From contig CP166615.1 in the NCBI GenBank assembly GCA_041937175.2, forward strand, positions 928,001 through 992,000: a DNA stretch of 64,000 bases, given 5' to 3'. The notes below the pieces were generated by a model. It worked only from the letters and a program-made list of their open reading frames with translations. It was not told the DNA's origin and made no database searches. Source of the DNA: Limnothrix sp. BL-A-16. GTDB lineage: Bacteria > Cyanobacteriota > Cyanobacteriia > CACIAM-69d. The position numbers and the translations under genes were made by a program. Positions 1-9,997 of the stretch are shown here, in pieces (the first letter of the stretch is position 1; every line of letters begins with the position of its first letter).

Positions 1-2
1 AC

Positions 3-1478
3 GTTGGTGAATTAGCTGATTTGGCTGAAGGAGTTGAGTCAGGTGATCTAGATGATCTAACAGATGATCCAGCCAATTTCACCGAATCCCTAGAGCCGGT
101 TAATGCAGAGCCGATCAAACCATTGCCCGACCCGATCGAACCGCTGCAATCCCCGGAATCTCCCGTTATCCCGGATGAACGCAGCGGTTTGGTCAATTTG
201 GTGGCGCAGTTATTAGCCGAATCCAGCGATCCCCGATCGGCGCTGCTGGCCCTGGCGGAATCCTTGGGCGATGGCGCGTCGGCTGCCCCTCGCGAGCCGG
301 AGCCTGTCTCGATCGCCCCCGCTGAATCTGCTGAATTAGCCCAAGCGGCCGAGTTAGCGGCATCCACCGAGCCGATCGAAACGGCTGCAATCACCGAATC
401 AGTTGAGGCCAGCGAATCGCCTGAATTCACGGAATCTACTGAAGCGGCTGACACTGAAGCGGCTGACACTGAAGCGGCTGACTTAGAAGCATTACCGGAA
501 TTGGTCGATTTTCTGGATTTATCTGAGGAACCGGAACCCGATCCCGCAGCTAGTACCGAGCCGTTGCCGGAATTGCCGGAATTGGCGGAATTGGCGGAGT
601 CCCTGCCGGAAGCCCCTGCTGCAATCTCCTTCGATTCGGAACCAGATCTGGGGCCAGATTCGGGGCAAGACGATGAACCCTTAAGCTTTTTTGGAGACGA
701 CGACGATGAGCCGTCCGGTTTCTTTGGGGATGAAGGATTTGCAGCCCTGGTGGACATTGCCAACCAAGCCCTAGCCGCCGAAACCGCTGATGCAGCCGCC
801 GCTCCGGCGGCGGTGGTGGATCCGGAGCCTGCGCCGGTTCAGGAGCCGGAACCGCCCTTGCCGGTGGTGGAGGCGGCCGAGCCGGCCCCGATCGCCCCGC
901 CGGAGCCGGAACCCAGCGCCCCGCCCGCGCCTATGGATCCGCTCACACAATGGCTGCAACAGGGCGATGGATCCGCCATTTTGAACCTGCCCACCAGGTC
1001 GGCCGGCAGCGCCCTCAGCACCGATGGCCAGCGTTTCCTGCGTTTTCACCTGGGCTTTGAGGATACGGCCCTGCTCCCGATCGATGAGGTGCGGGAAGTG
1101 CTGCGAATTGCGGCCACGGACATTTTGCCCGTGCCACATATGCCAGAATCGGTCTTAGGGGTGTACAACTGGCGCGGTGAAATCATTTGGACGATCGACC
1201 TTAACCAGTTGGTGGGCTTCCCGGCCATTGCACCGGATTTGACAGCCACCTCCTCCGCCATTGCCATTGTGCTGGAGTGTGATGGCCAGAATCTGGGTCT
1301 GGTCGTGCCCCAAATTGAAGATATTGAGTGGCACGATTCTCCGAATGTTCAGCCGCCCAGCGCGGGCTTGTTTCCCGATCGGCTCTTGCCCTTTGTTCAG
1401 GGCTACCTCAGCGAGGCCAGCAGTATGGTGCTGAATCCCAGCGCGATCGCCCGGGCCAGCGCCCAACAGGCTGGCTAG
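3..1478 (+). CDS. cheW: CheW-family coupling protein with a very long acidic, Pro/Ala-rich N-terminal extension (5'-partial)
   Basis: C-terminal ~155 aa show CheW motifs (FLRFHLG...LPVPHMPESVLGVYNWRGEIIWTIDL). The frame is open to the window edge (GTT GGT GAA TTA GCT GAT TTG), so the true start is probably upstream. Lies directly before MCP and cheA. Confidence 0.85.
   Translation, partial: VGELADLAEGVESGDLDDLTDDPANFTESLEPVNAEPIKPLPDPIEPLQSPESPVIPDERSGLVNLVAQLLAESSDPRSALLALAESLGDGASAAPREPEPVSIAPAESAELAQAAELAASTEPIETAAITESVEASESPEFTESTEAADTEAADTEAADLEALPELVDFLDLSEEPEPDPAASTEPLPELPELAELAESLPEAPAAISFDSEPDLGPDSGQDDEPLSFFGDDDDEPSGFFGDEGFAALVDIANQALAAETADAAAAPAAVVDPEPAPVQEPEPPLPVVEAAEPAPIAPPEPEPSAPPAPMDPLTQWLQQGDGSAILNLPTRSAGSALSTDGQRFLRFHLGFEDTALLPIDEVREVLRIAATDILPVPHMPESVLGVYNWRGEIIWTIDLNQLVGFPAIAPDLTATSSAIAIVLECDGQNLGLVVPQIEDIEWHDSPNVQPPSAGLFPDRLLPFVQGYLSEASSMVLNPSAIARASAQQAG
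438..482 (+). repeat. 15-bp tandem repeat x3 (ACTGAAGCGGCTGAC) encoding TEAAD x3
   Basis: Directly visible in sequence and translation. Confidence 0.9.
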
Positions 1479-1613
1479 GACGCTTGGTGATCGGGATTGA
1501 GATTGGCCCTCGGGGCGATCGTGCCAATCCTTCCCCACTGTTGCGGGGAAACCCCCCAGTCCTGAGCTTGTTTTTCCAACTCACCTTTTTCCAGCCCGCT
1601 TCTATCCCCCCTG

Positions 1614-1673
1614 TAACTTTGCCTAACTTTGCCTAACTTGGTTTGACCTTGCTGAACTTTGCCTGACCTTGCT
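1614..1673. repeat. Degenerate ~10-bp tandem repeat (TAACTTTGCC-like, ~6 units) in the cheW-MCP spacer
   Basis: taactttgcc taactttgcc taacttggtt tgaccttgc tgaactttgcc tgaccttgct. Confidence 0.6.
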
Positions 1674-1832
1674 TGGCTCCCTTTGCCCCGAGGGCCCCAG
1701 TGTGACAGTGATTTCCATCGTGATTGGGAACTGCTGAATGGTTGCTGATCTCCTGGCTTGCCGCCTGGCTGGCGCACTGGTAACGGCTCTATGACTCTCT
1801 GTTCTTCCGATTGCTCTCTGGCCTAAATTCCT

Positions 1833-4800
1833 ATGACTGCTTACTTTGATGCTTCGCGCACGGCTCGTGACGATCGCCAGGCCCGCAACAGCACTCCCCC
1901 CGTTGAACACAGCCCCACTCCTGATTTGCGCCGTTTCCAAGATGCAGTCGATGCCTTAAAGGCGGAGTTGGAACGATCGGGCCGGCCCGATCGGTTTGTG
2001 ATGGAAAAGATGGAGCAAATTGAGCAGTTTGCGGAGTCGATCGGTACAACCCTGGTGACCACCGATGGGGAAGCGGCTAGCGGGAACCGCCTACCGGTGG
2101 ATGGGATTGATCGCGCCATCGAAGACAGCCAAAGTTTGGATGAACTGTTGCGGCGGCTTTGCCAAGAATTGCGGTTGCAACTGTCGGCCGATCGGGTGGC
2201 CATTTACCGGTTCAATTTCGACTGGACGGGGGAATTTATCACCGAGTCCATGGCCCCCGGTTGGATGGCTCTGGTGGGGAACACCTTCCGCGACACTTAC
2301 TTTGAAAGCACCCAAGGCAACCGCTACAACACCAAGGATGTTTACCAATGCGAAGACATCTATCGCGGTGGCCTCAGCGCTTGCCATGTGCAGCTCATTG
2401 AACGGTTCCAAGGGCGAGCCTACATGATTGCGCCGGTTTTCCAGGGCGATCGGTTGTGGGGGTTGCTGGCCATTTATCAAAACAGTGGCCCGCGTCCCTG
2501 GAGTCCCCTGGAAGCGGAACTGGTGAAATATGCCAGTGAGCAGGTGAGCCGCAGCATTGCCCAGCTCAGTGCGATCGAGAAGCTGCAAAAACAAGTGGGC
2601 CGCCAACGGGCGATCGCCACGATCGTGGACAAGATTCACCAATTCCTGGATCTGGCCACGATCATGCAAACCACCACCGATGAACTGCGGATTTTGTTGG
2701 AGTGCGATCGCGCCGCCGTCTATCGATTCAGCGACGATTGGAGCGGCGATTTCGTCTCGGAATCCGTGGGTCGGGGTTGGAAACCGCTGTTGGGCAAAAC
2801 CTTCCGTGACAGCTACTTTGAGCGCACCAAAGGCGGCCGCTACATCAACGGCGAAACCCTGACCGTGGCAGACATCCAAACCCAAGACTATGATCCCTGC
2901 CACCTGAAATTGCTGGAGCAGTTCCAATGCCGGGCTTACATCATTGCCCCTGTGATTGCCAGCGATAAACTGTGGGGGCTGTTGGCGGTCTATCAAAACG
3001 ATCGGGTGCGCAGTTGGGAACCGGAAGAAACCGACCTGGTGACCCAAATGGGCCAGCAAATGGGCGTGGCGGTGCAACAGGCGGAATACCTGAAGCAGCT
3101 TCAGGATCAAAAACTGCAGCTTGAGCGCAACGTGCAGCAAGACCGCGCCCTGCTGACAGTGATGAACAAAATCCGTGAATCCCTGGACATTGACAACCTC
3201 TTTGCCACCACGACCCAGGAAATTCGCCAAATTTTCCAGGCCGATCGCGCCTGCATCTTCCGGTTCGATCCGGACTGGAGCGGTGAGTTTGTGGCCGAAG
3301 CGGTCACCCCCGGTTGGCAACGACTGCTCGATCGCGACGGAGCCGGCCTGCGGGATGGCAACAACCGACGGGGCGGGCGCTCTCTGGCCCGCGTCGAAGA
3401 CAGCTATTTGCAAGACAACCAGGGCGGTCGCTATCGCCAGGGCGAAACCCTGCTGGTGAACGATATTTACCAAGCCAACTTCAGCCGCTGCTATCTGGAC
3501 TTGCTGGAACAGTTCCAAGCCAAGGCCTACGCGATCGCCCCGATCTTCAAGGGCAATGACCTTTGGGGCCTGTTGGCGGTTTACCAAAACAGCAACTCCC
3601 GCCAGTGGGAAGAACTGGAAGGGCAAATTCTGTCTCGGTTGGGAACCCAACTGGGCTTGGCCCTGCAACAGGCGGAGTATGTGGAACAGCTCAAAACCCA
3701 AGCGGCCCAGCTCCAAAAATCCGCCGAACGGAATAAGGCCATTTCCGCGACGATCGACAAAATCCGCGCTTCCCTGGACATCCGCACCATCTTCCGCACC
3801 ACCACCACGGAATTGCGCCAAATTCTGGAGGTCGATCGGGTCGGAATTTATCAATTCCAGCCGGACTGGAGCGGGCAGTTCATGGCGGAATCTGTGGGCC
3901 CCGGTTGGTTGCGGCTGTTGGACTCTCCCGACAGTGACGGGAGTTTCCAAACGGAAATGAGCGATTGCGAAGCCATCAACGGCCTAACCCAAGCGCGCCC
4001 CACCAACGCTGGCCGGGTACGGGATACCTACCTCCAGGAAAACGAAGGGGGCCGCTATGCCCGAGGTGAAAGCTTTGTGGTTTCTGATATCTACAAAGCC
4101 GGATTCACCCCCTGTTATCTGAGTGTGCTGGAACGGTTCCAAGCCCGCGCCTATGCGATCACCCCGATCTTTCAGGGCGATCGACTGTGGGGGCTGCTGG
4201 CGATTTACCAAAACAGCGGCCCGCGTCAGTGGGAAACCTCCGAAGTGGAATTCGTGGCCCAGGTGGGGGCCCAGTTGGGCATCGCCCTGAAGCAGGCGGA
4301 AACCCTGGCGGAATTGCAGCGGAAATCGGCCCAGGTGGAAGAGGCCGCCCAACGGGACAAGGCCGCCCGCGAAGCTCTGCAACAGAAGGCCCTAAACCTG
4401 CTGATGGCGGTGCGGCCGGCCCTGGAAGGGGATCTCACCGTGCGCGCGCCGATTACCGAAGACGAAGTGGGCACGATCGCCGATGCCTACAACAACACCC
4501 TGCAAAGCCTGCGGCAGATTGTGGTGAAGCTGCAAGAAACGGCGGCTAAGGTGTCGAATACCTCCACCACCAGTTCCAGCGCCATTGGTGAGCTGTCTAA
4601 CCAAGCCCAGCAACAATATCGGGCCCTGTTGGAAGCGGTGCAGCGGGTACAAACCATGGCGGAAGTCAGCACGGATGTGACCCAAAATGCCCAGCAGGTG
4701 ACCCTGGCGGTGCAACGAGCCACCAACACGATCCAGGAAGGCGACGCGGCCATGAACCGGACGGTGGATGCCATTCTGTCGATTCGGGACACGGTGGCGG

Positions 4801-5363
4801 AAACGGGACGCAAGATTCGGGCCCTGAGCGAATCGTCCCAAAAAATCTCGAAGATCGTGAGCCTGATTGGCAACTTCACCACCCAAACCCAACTGTTGGC
4901 GCTGAATGCTGCCATTGAGGCAACGCGGGCCGGGGAATATGGTCGCGGCTTCACGGTGGTTGCCGATGAGGTGCGATCGCTTGCCCGACAGTCGGCCGAT
5001 GCAACCACGGAAATTGCGGCCCTGGTGGAAGAGATTCAGGCGGAAACCCAGGCGGTGGCCCAGGCCATGGAAGCGGGGATTCAGCAGGTGGTGGCGGGGA
5101 CGAATCTGGTGAGCGATACCCGATCGAACCTGAGCGAAATTGTGGATGTGACCGCCCAAATTGGTCAGTTGGTGGAGGGCATTAACCAAGCCGCCGCCAG
5201 CCAAACCCAACAGGCCCAAGCGGTGGCCCACACGATGACGGAGGTGGCAACAATTGCCGATCGCACCTCCTCCAGTTCCGTGGCCCTGACCGCTTCCTTT
5301 GAGGATCTGTTGGCCATGTCCCAAGAGCTGCAAGCCAGCGTGGGTCGGTTCAAGGTGAACTAA
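1833..5363 (+). CDS. Soluble methyl-accepting chemotaxis protein with four CBCR GAF domains (PixJ/PtxD-like photoreceptor)
   Basis: Four GAF repeats (DRxxIYRF..DW.G.F..ES...GW; D[T/S]Y....GGRY; bilin Cys in CH, CH, CY, CY; LWGLL). C-terminal MCP signalling motif [31 protein letters not shown]. No hydrophobic TM segment seen. Confidence 0.93.
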   Translation: MTAYFDASRTARDDRQARNSTPPVEHSPTPDLRRFQDAVDALKAELERSGRPDRFVMEKMEQIEQFAESIGTTLVTTDGEAASGNRLPVDGIDRAIEDSQSLDELLRRLCQELRLQLSADRVAIYRFNFDWTGEFITESMAPGWMALVGNTFRDTYFESTQGNRYNTKDVYQCEDIYRGGLSACHVQLIERFQGRAYMIAPVFQGDRLWGLLAIYQNSGPRPWSPLEAELVKYASEQVSRSIAQLSAIEKLQKQVGRQRAIATIVDKIHQFLDLATIMQTTTDELRILLECDRAAVYRFSDDWSGDFVSESVGRGWKPLLGKTFRDSYFERTKGGRYINGETLTVADIQTQDYDPCHLKLLEQFQCRAYIIAPVIASDKLWGLLAVYQNDRVRSWEPEETDLVTQMGQQMGVAVQQAEYLKQLQDQKLQLERNVQQDRALLTVMNKIRESLDIDNLFATTTQEIRQIFQADRACIFRFDPDWSGEFVAEAVTPGWQRLLDRDGAGLRDGNNRRGGRSLARVEDSYLQDNQGGRYRQGETLLVNDIYQANFSRCYLDLLEQFQAKAYAIAPIFKGNDLWGLLAVYQNSNSRQWEELEGQILSRLGTQLGLALQQAEYVEQLKTQAAQLQKSAERNKAISATIDKIRASLDIRTIFRTTTTELRQILEVDRVGIYQFQPDWSGQFMAESVGPGWLRLLDSPDSDGSFQTEMSDCEAINGLTQARPTNAGRVRDTYLQENEGGRYARGESFVVSDIYKAGFTPCYLSVLERFQARAYAITPIFQGDRLWGLLAIYQNSGPRQWETSEVEFVAQVGAQLGIALKQAETLAELQRKSAQVEEAAQRDKAAREALQQKALNLLMAVRPALEGDLTVRAPITEDEVGTIADAYNNTLQSLRQIVVKLQETAAKVSNTSTTSSSAIGELSNQAQQQYRALLEAVQRVQTMAEVSTDVTQNAQQVTLAVQRATNTIQEGDAAMNRTVDAILSIRDTVAETGRKIRALSESSQKISKIVSLIGNFTTQTQLLALNAAIEATRAGEYGRGFTVVADEVRSLARQSADATTEIAALVEEIQAETQAVAQAMEAGIQQVVAGTNLVSDTRSNLSEIVDVTAQIGQLVEGINQAAASQTQQAQAVAHTMTEVATIADRTSSSSVALTASFEDLLAMSQELQASVGRFKVN

Positions 5364-5551
5364 CGGCCAGGGCACTGGCTCCACTGCCGATCGCCATGGG
5401 GGTGATTGGGCCGCGCCTGAGTTGCGCCTAGGCTGCCCCCCGGTGGCTGATCGGCCCCAGCTTGAGCCGATCGCCCCCCTTGTAACCCCCTTTTGTTCCC
5501 TGTTCGTGTTTTCCCAACAGACCGAAACCAGGTCGTTTCCGGTAGCCCCCT

Positions 5552-6736
5552 ATGCTCGATCCCGCCATCCGCGAGGAAGCCTACGGATACTTCCTCAGTG
5601 AGTCCCAAGACCTGCTGCGATCGATCGAGACGGATTTGTTGCAACTGCGCGACGATCCCTCGAAACAGCGGATCCATGCCCTGATGCGTGCCACCCACAC
5701 CCTGAAGGGGGCTTCCGCCAATGTGGGGCTGGAAACCATCTCCACGATCGCCCACCACATGGAGGATGTGTTTCGGGCCCTGTTTGACCCGGATGCTGAA
5801 GTGGAGGTGGAACTAGAGGGGCTGTTGTTTCAGCTCTATGAATATTTGCGTTTGGCCCTGACCACCCAATGGGAACAGGGACGAGAAGCCGATCAAGAGG
5901 TGTTGGATCAGGCGATCGATGCTTTTGCTCGGATCCAAACCCTGTTGGGAGACTGCTTCGAGCGCGAACAAAAGCTGCCCACCTCCGCTGAACTGGGGTT
6001 TGACCTGGTGCAGTCGATCTTTGAAACGGGGGTGAAGGAACGAATCGATCAGTTGGCGGCCCTGGTGGCGGCGGCGGATGGGCCGGCGGCCTTGGAAACG
6101 GTGGCCACCCAATCGGAGGTGTTTACGGGGTTAGGGGAATCCTTGGGGCTGCCGGGGTTCCAGGCGATCGCGGAGGCGGCACTCCAGGCCGTGGCCAACC
6201 AGGGCGATCGGCCTTTGGCGGTGGCCCAGGCGGTGTTAAGCAATTGGCAAGCGGCCCAACAGGCGGTTTTGGCGGGCGATCGCACCCAAGGCGGTGAGGT
6301 TTCGGCGGAGTTGGCGGCTCTGGCGGGTCAGGAGCCGAAGCCGGGAGATCTGGACGATTTGGCCGATGGCACGCTGGATCTGAGTATGGATCTCAGTGAC
6401 GAGATGCCGGCCGGTTGGTTGGATTTGACCGATGGTACGTTGGATCTGACCACGGATCCCCCGCCTGCCCCCACACCTGCCCCCCGATCGCGGGTGGATC
6501 GCCTGCGATTTCCGCACCCACTCCAGCGCCCGTTGCCACACCGGTTCCGACCCCGCCCACCCCCCGCCCGCTCCCTTGGTGACGGCGGAAGCGGCCCCCC
6601 GTGGGACTCCAGAACCAACGCGATCGGCGGAACCGCAACGGGTGGACAGCAAACCCCTAACCCCGACTCCCCTGATTCGGGTAGAAATCGATCGGCTGCA
6701 ATCCCTGCAACACCTGGTGGGGGAGCTGCTGATTAA
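5552..6736 (+). CDS. cheA: CheA-like kinase, N-terminal part (Hpt domain and linker); frameshifted near 6480
   Basis: Hpt motif LMRATHTLKGAS. The translation after ~6485 looks out of frame. Confidence 0.8.
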   Translation: MLDPAIREEAYGYFLSESQDLLRSIETDLLQLRDDPSKQRIHALMRATHTLKGASANVGLETISTIAHHMEDVFRALFDPDAEVEVELEGLLFQLYEYLRLALTTQWEQGREADQEVLDQAIDAFARIQTLLGDCFEREQKLPTSAELGFDLVQSIFETGVKERIDQLAALVAAADGPAALETVATQSEVFTGLGESLGLPGFQAIAEAALQAVANQGDRPLAVAQAVLSNWQAAQQAVLAGDRTQGGEVSAELAALAGQEPKPGDLDDLADGTLDLSMDLSDEMPAGWLDLTDGTLDLTTDPPPAPTPAPRSRVDRLRFPHPLQRPLPHRFRPRPPPARSLGDGGSGPPWDSRTNAIGGTATGGQQTPNPDSPDSGRNRSAAIPATPGGGAAD

Positions 6737-8612
6737 TGAAAATCGTCAAAGCTTGCAGGATGAACAGTTGCGATCGGCCCTGGAACGATTTCGCCAAGGC
6801 CTGCGCCAACACCGTCGCTTGCTGGCGGAAGCACGCGATCGCCTGGAAAAACGCCCCAACGATCGCCGATCGCTCAATGGTTCTCCCGCCGCCACCAGTG
6901 CCAACGATCTGATTTTGCAACAGTCGATCGATGCGGCCCTCGACAGTGCCGAGCGGCTAGATTCCACGGCGGAAGTGGTGGAACGCTACGCCCAACAAAC
7001 GGCCACCACCCTCGACAAACAGCGCCGACTGTTGGGTCAGGTGCGCGACAGCCTGATGGATACCCGAATGCAACCGGCGGCGGCCGTGTTCGATCGCTTC
7101 GGGCCCTTGGTGCGGCAACTGTGCGCCCGCTATGGCAAAACGGTGCATCTGCGAGTGGTGGGGGAACGGGTTGCCATTGACAAGGTGGCGATCGAGCAGC
7201 TTTATGATCCCCTGCTGCACTTGGTCCGCAACGCCTTTGACCATGGCATTGAAACCGTTGAAGAACGGCGCGATCAGGGCAAACCCACCGAAGGGACGAT
7301 CGAGCTGCGGGCCCAGCAACAGGGCAACCATGTGTTGATTTGGGTGGCCGACGATGGCAAAGGCATCGACCCCCAACGGTTGCGACAAAAGGCGATCGAA
7401 CGCGGTTGGCTCACGCCCGATCGGGCCCAAACCACCTCAGATCAAGCCCTCTTGGATCTGTTGTTTGAGCCGGGCTTTTCCACCGCCGACAAAATCACCG
7501 ATCTGTCTGGGCGCGGCGTGGGCTTGGACGTGGTGCGATCGCAAATGCGATCCCTCAAAGGCTCCGTCACCATCCAATCGAGTCCCGGACGCGGCACGGC
7601 CTTCATTTTGCGGGTGCCCCTGAGTTTGATGACCGCTCGCCTGTTGGTTTGTCAGGCCGATCGCGCCGCCTATGCCCTGCCCTCAGAAAGCGTCCGCCAA
7701 ATTCTGATTCCTCAACCGGAGCAAACCCAAATGCTCGGGGGACAGCGGATTTTGCGGTGGCGAGCCAGCAGCGAAGATCCCGAAATCACCATTCCCATTC
7801 GCAAGTTGGCGGAACTGATGCGCTACAGTTCCTTGGCTCCGGGCCTGTTGCGATCGGACATGGGCGCAATCACACCGTTTTTGAGCAATCGCCTTGCGCC
7901 CCTGCTGTTGATGGATGCCGGTGACACCCCCGTGGCGATCGAGGTGGATGGGGTTGTGGGTGAACAGGAACTGGTGTTGCGGCAACTGTCGGAAGCCCTG
8001 CCCGCCCCACGCTATATCTATGGCTGCACCATTTTGGGCGATGGGCGCATGGTTTTGGCGATCGACGGCAACGAACTGTTGGCCCAAGTCGAGGCCGTGC
8101 CGATCACCGCCGCCACTCCCCTACAGTTGCCCACACCTGCCGCACCCACCGCGATCGCCCCGGAATTGCCCGCTGAGTTGCCCAATGCCCCGATCGCGCC
8201 CCCCAGTCCCGCCCCCGCCCAAGGCAGCAAAACCCTGCTAGTGGTGGAAGATTCCGACACCGAGCGCCGCCTTTTGACCCTGACCCTGGAGCGCCAGGGC
8301 TATCGTGTGGTGCAAGCGGCCGACGGGCTAGAAGCCTTGACCCAGCTTCGCCAGCGCTCCGATATTGATCTCGTCATTTCCGATATTGAAATGCCGCGCA
8401 TGACGGGCTTGGAGTTCTTGAACGCCCGCCGCCAGCATCCCAACGCCGCCCAAGTGCCCGTGATTTTGCTGACTTCCTGTAGCGGCACGCAGTATAAACA
8501 GGTGGCCCTAAGCCTGGGAGCCGCAGACTATATGCTGAAGCCTCACGTTACCCCGGAACTGGTGGCCAGCATTGAACGGCTAACGGGCGATCGGGCGGCG
8601 GCAGTGGTTTAG
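6576..8612 (+). CDS. cheA: CheA-like kinase, C-terminal part (dimerisation, HATPase, CheW, receiver)
   Basis: IRVEIDRLQSL, LLHLVRNAFDHGIE, DDGKGID, GFSTADKITDLSGRGVGLDVV, CheW-like module, REC domain (VVED...SDIEMP...KP). Confidence 0.88.
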   Translation: MVTAEAAPRGTPEPTRSAEPQRVDSKPLTPTPLIRVEIDRLQSLQHLVGELLINENRQSLQDEQLRSALERFRQGLRQHRRLLAEARDRLEKRPNDRRSLNGSPAATSANDLILQQSIDAALDSAERLDSTAEVVERYAQQTATTLDKQRRLLGQVRDSLMDTRMQPAAAVFDRFGPLVRQLCARYGKTVHLRVVGERVAIDKVAIEQLYDPLLHLVRNAFDHGIETVEERRDQGKPTEGTIELRAQQQGNHVLIWVADDGKGIDPQRLRQKAIERGWLTPDRAQTTSDQALLDLLFEPGFSTADKITDLSGRGVGLDVVRSQMRSLKGSVTIQSSPGRGTAFILRVPLSLMTARLLVCQADRAAYALPSESVRQILIPQPEQTQMLGGQRILRWRASSEDPEITIPIRKLAELMRYSSLAPGLLRSDMGAITPFLSNRLAPLLLMDAGDTPVAIEVDGVVGEQELVLRQLSEALPAPRYIYGCTILGDGRMVLAIDGNELLAQVEAVPITAATPLQLPTPAAPTAIAPELPAELPNAPIAPPSPAPAQGSKTLLVVEDSDTERRLLTLTLERQGYRVVQAADGLEALTQLRQRSDIDLVISDIEMPRMTGLEFLNARRQHPNAAQVPVILLTSCSGTQYKQVALSLGAADYMLKPHVTPELVASIERLTGDRAAAVV

Positions 8613-8667
8613 GTTTAGGGGTGACCTCAATCACCCATGGAGCGATCGGGCAAAAACCAGCCAGCCC

Positions 8668-9939
8668 CTAGCTCCGGCGGCTTTTGTTGGTGGCCAGCTT
8701 CAAGAAACTCTGGTAAGTGGTGGCGATCGCCTGAACCCGCCGGGCCTGATCCGCATAGACACATTCCCACTGCGTGACGGCGCGCCCTTCTCGGGAGCAA
8801 ATGCCCAACAGGCCTGAGGCGCGGTTCGTGCCGTTTCGGATATCCAGCCGATCGTTGCTGTCTAAATAAAAGGAAGCCGTTCGGGCCCAAGCATAGGCCT
8901 CCAGCCCCGAGAGGCCCCCCCGCCGGGCGATCGCCAAGGCCTGGGGAAACCAGCGGGAGTGAACCGGGCTGGCTTGGTTATACAGGTCGATCGCATTGAC
9001 CAAGGCTTGCAAGTCTTCGTAGGGATCAATGCCAGCGGCATACAGATCCGTGAGGGCCGTGGGCAACCGCCCAGACAACCGCTCCACACAGGCCCGATCG
9101 GCCACGGCCAAATTCCCGCCACTGCGGCCCTGGTCACTGCAAGCCCCGTAGTTGGTGACCCGCTGCCCCCAAGACAAATTGCCCGGATCCGTGTGGCCGT
9201 AATAGTTCGGGGTGGGCTGCACAAACAGACTGCCGTTTTGCACCATCAACCGATAGTTTCCTTCGGCCACCCCCACGGCCACCACCCCCATGGAGGTAGG
9301 GCTTTGGAAGATTTGGGCATAAACCGGCAAATCTTTCTGCAAATTAAACGCCCGCTGGGGAGCCTGCTCCATCCAAAACATCGTTTGGCCGTTGGGGGCC
9401 GGCCGGGTGGGTGGCGCGGTGGACGGCTTGGCGTTGCTCGGTTTCAACGGAGCGGCCGGCGTGGGGCGGGCGGTGGTTGGGGCCGCTGCTGGGGCCGACT
9501 GGGTTGGGTTGGGTTGGCTACCGGCGGTGGCCCCTGTGCCGCTGTTGGGGGCAGCACCGGTTTGGCCGGGTGCTGCGCCGCTGGTGGTGGGAACCGTGGC
9601 CATGGATTCCAGGTTGGCGGCAAAGGGATCCGAAATGGGCACATCTCCGTTGCTGCCCCCGGTTGGCTGACTCGCGATCGAGCCGGAACCCGATCGGGAC
9701 GCATCATCACCGGGTAAGTCAAAACTGAGGGGCGACACCGGCAAGGGTGTGCTGGCCTCCGTTTTGGGCTGGGCTTGCTTGCCGGCCGTGAGTGGCAGGG
9801 CAATTAACACGATTGCCGTGCCCGCAACACCAAGGGCGATCGACCGTCCCCACAGGATACGCCCAGGGGAAGCTGGACTAGACACCAGGGAGTTTGCAAC
9901 AGATTTCACGATCACAGGTTGCCAACCCAACGTTGACAA
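8668..9939 (-). CDS. Exported or membrane-anchored hypothetical protein with Pro/Thr/Ala linker and globular C-terminal domain
   Basis: N-terminal hydrophobic helix (IALGVAGTAIVLIALPL), low-complexity linker, then a domain with AVGVAEG..YYGHTDPGN and four Cys. Start codon uncertain. Confidence 0.7.
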   Translation of the reverse strand: MSTLGWQPVIVKSVANSLVSSPASPGRILWGRSIALGVAGTAIVLIALPLTAGKQAQPKTEASTPLPVSPLSFDLPGDDASRSGSGSIASQPTGGSNGDVPISDPFAANLESMATVPTTSGAAPGQTGAAPNSGTGATAGSQPNPTQSAPAAAPTTARPTPAAPLKPSNAKPSTAPPTRPAPNGQTMFWMEQAPQRAFNLQKDLPVYAQIFQSPTSMGVVAVGVAEGNYRLMVQNGSLFVQPTPNYYGHTDPGNLSWGQRVTNYGACSDQGRSGGNLAVADRACVERLSGRLPTALTDLYAAGIDPYEDLQALVNAIDLYNQASPVHSRWFPQALAIARRGGLSGLEAYAWARTASFYLDSNDRLDIRNGTNRASGLLGICSREGRAVTQWECVYADQARRVQAIATTYQSFLKLATNKSRRS

Positions 9940-9997
9940 GAAAATAGAACAACCTACCGAGTGTCTACTTTAGCTTACGGTTTCAAATTGCACAGAA

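Noticed and set aside
2091..3950. 619-aa minus-strand ORF (likewise 18571-19839, 44833-46584, 53924-55090)
   Set aside because: Antisense to well-supported genes, no motifs; expected from codon bias in GC-rich genes.
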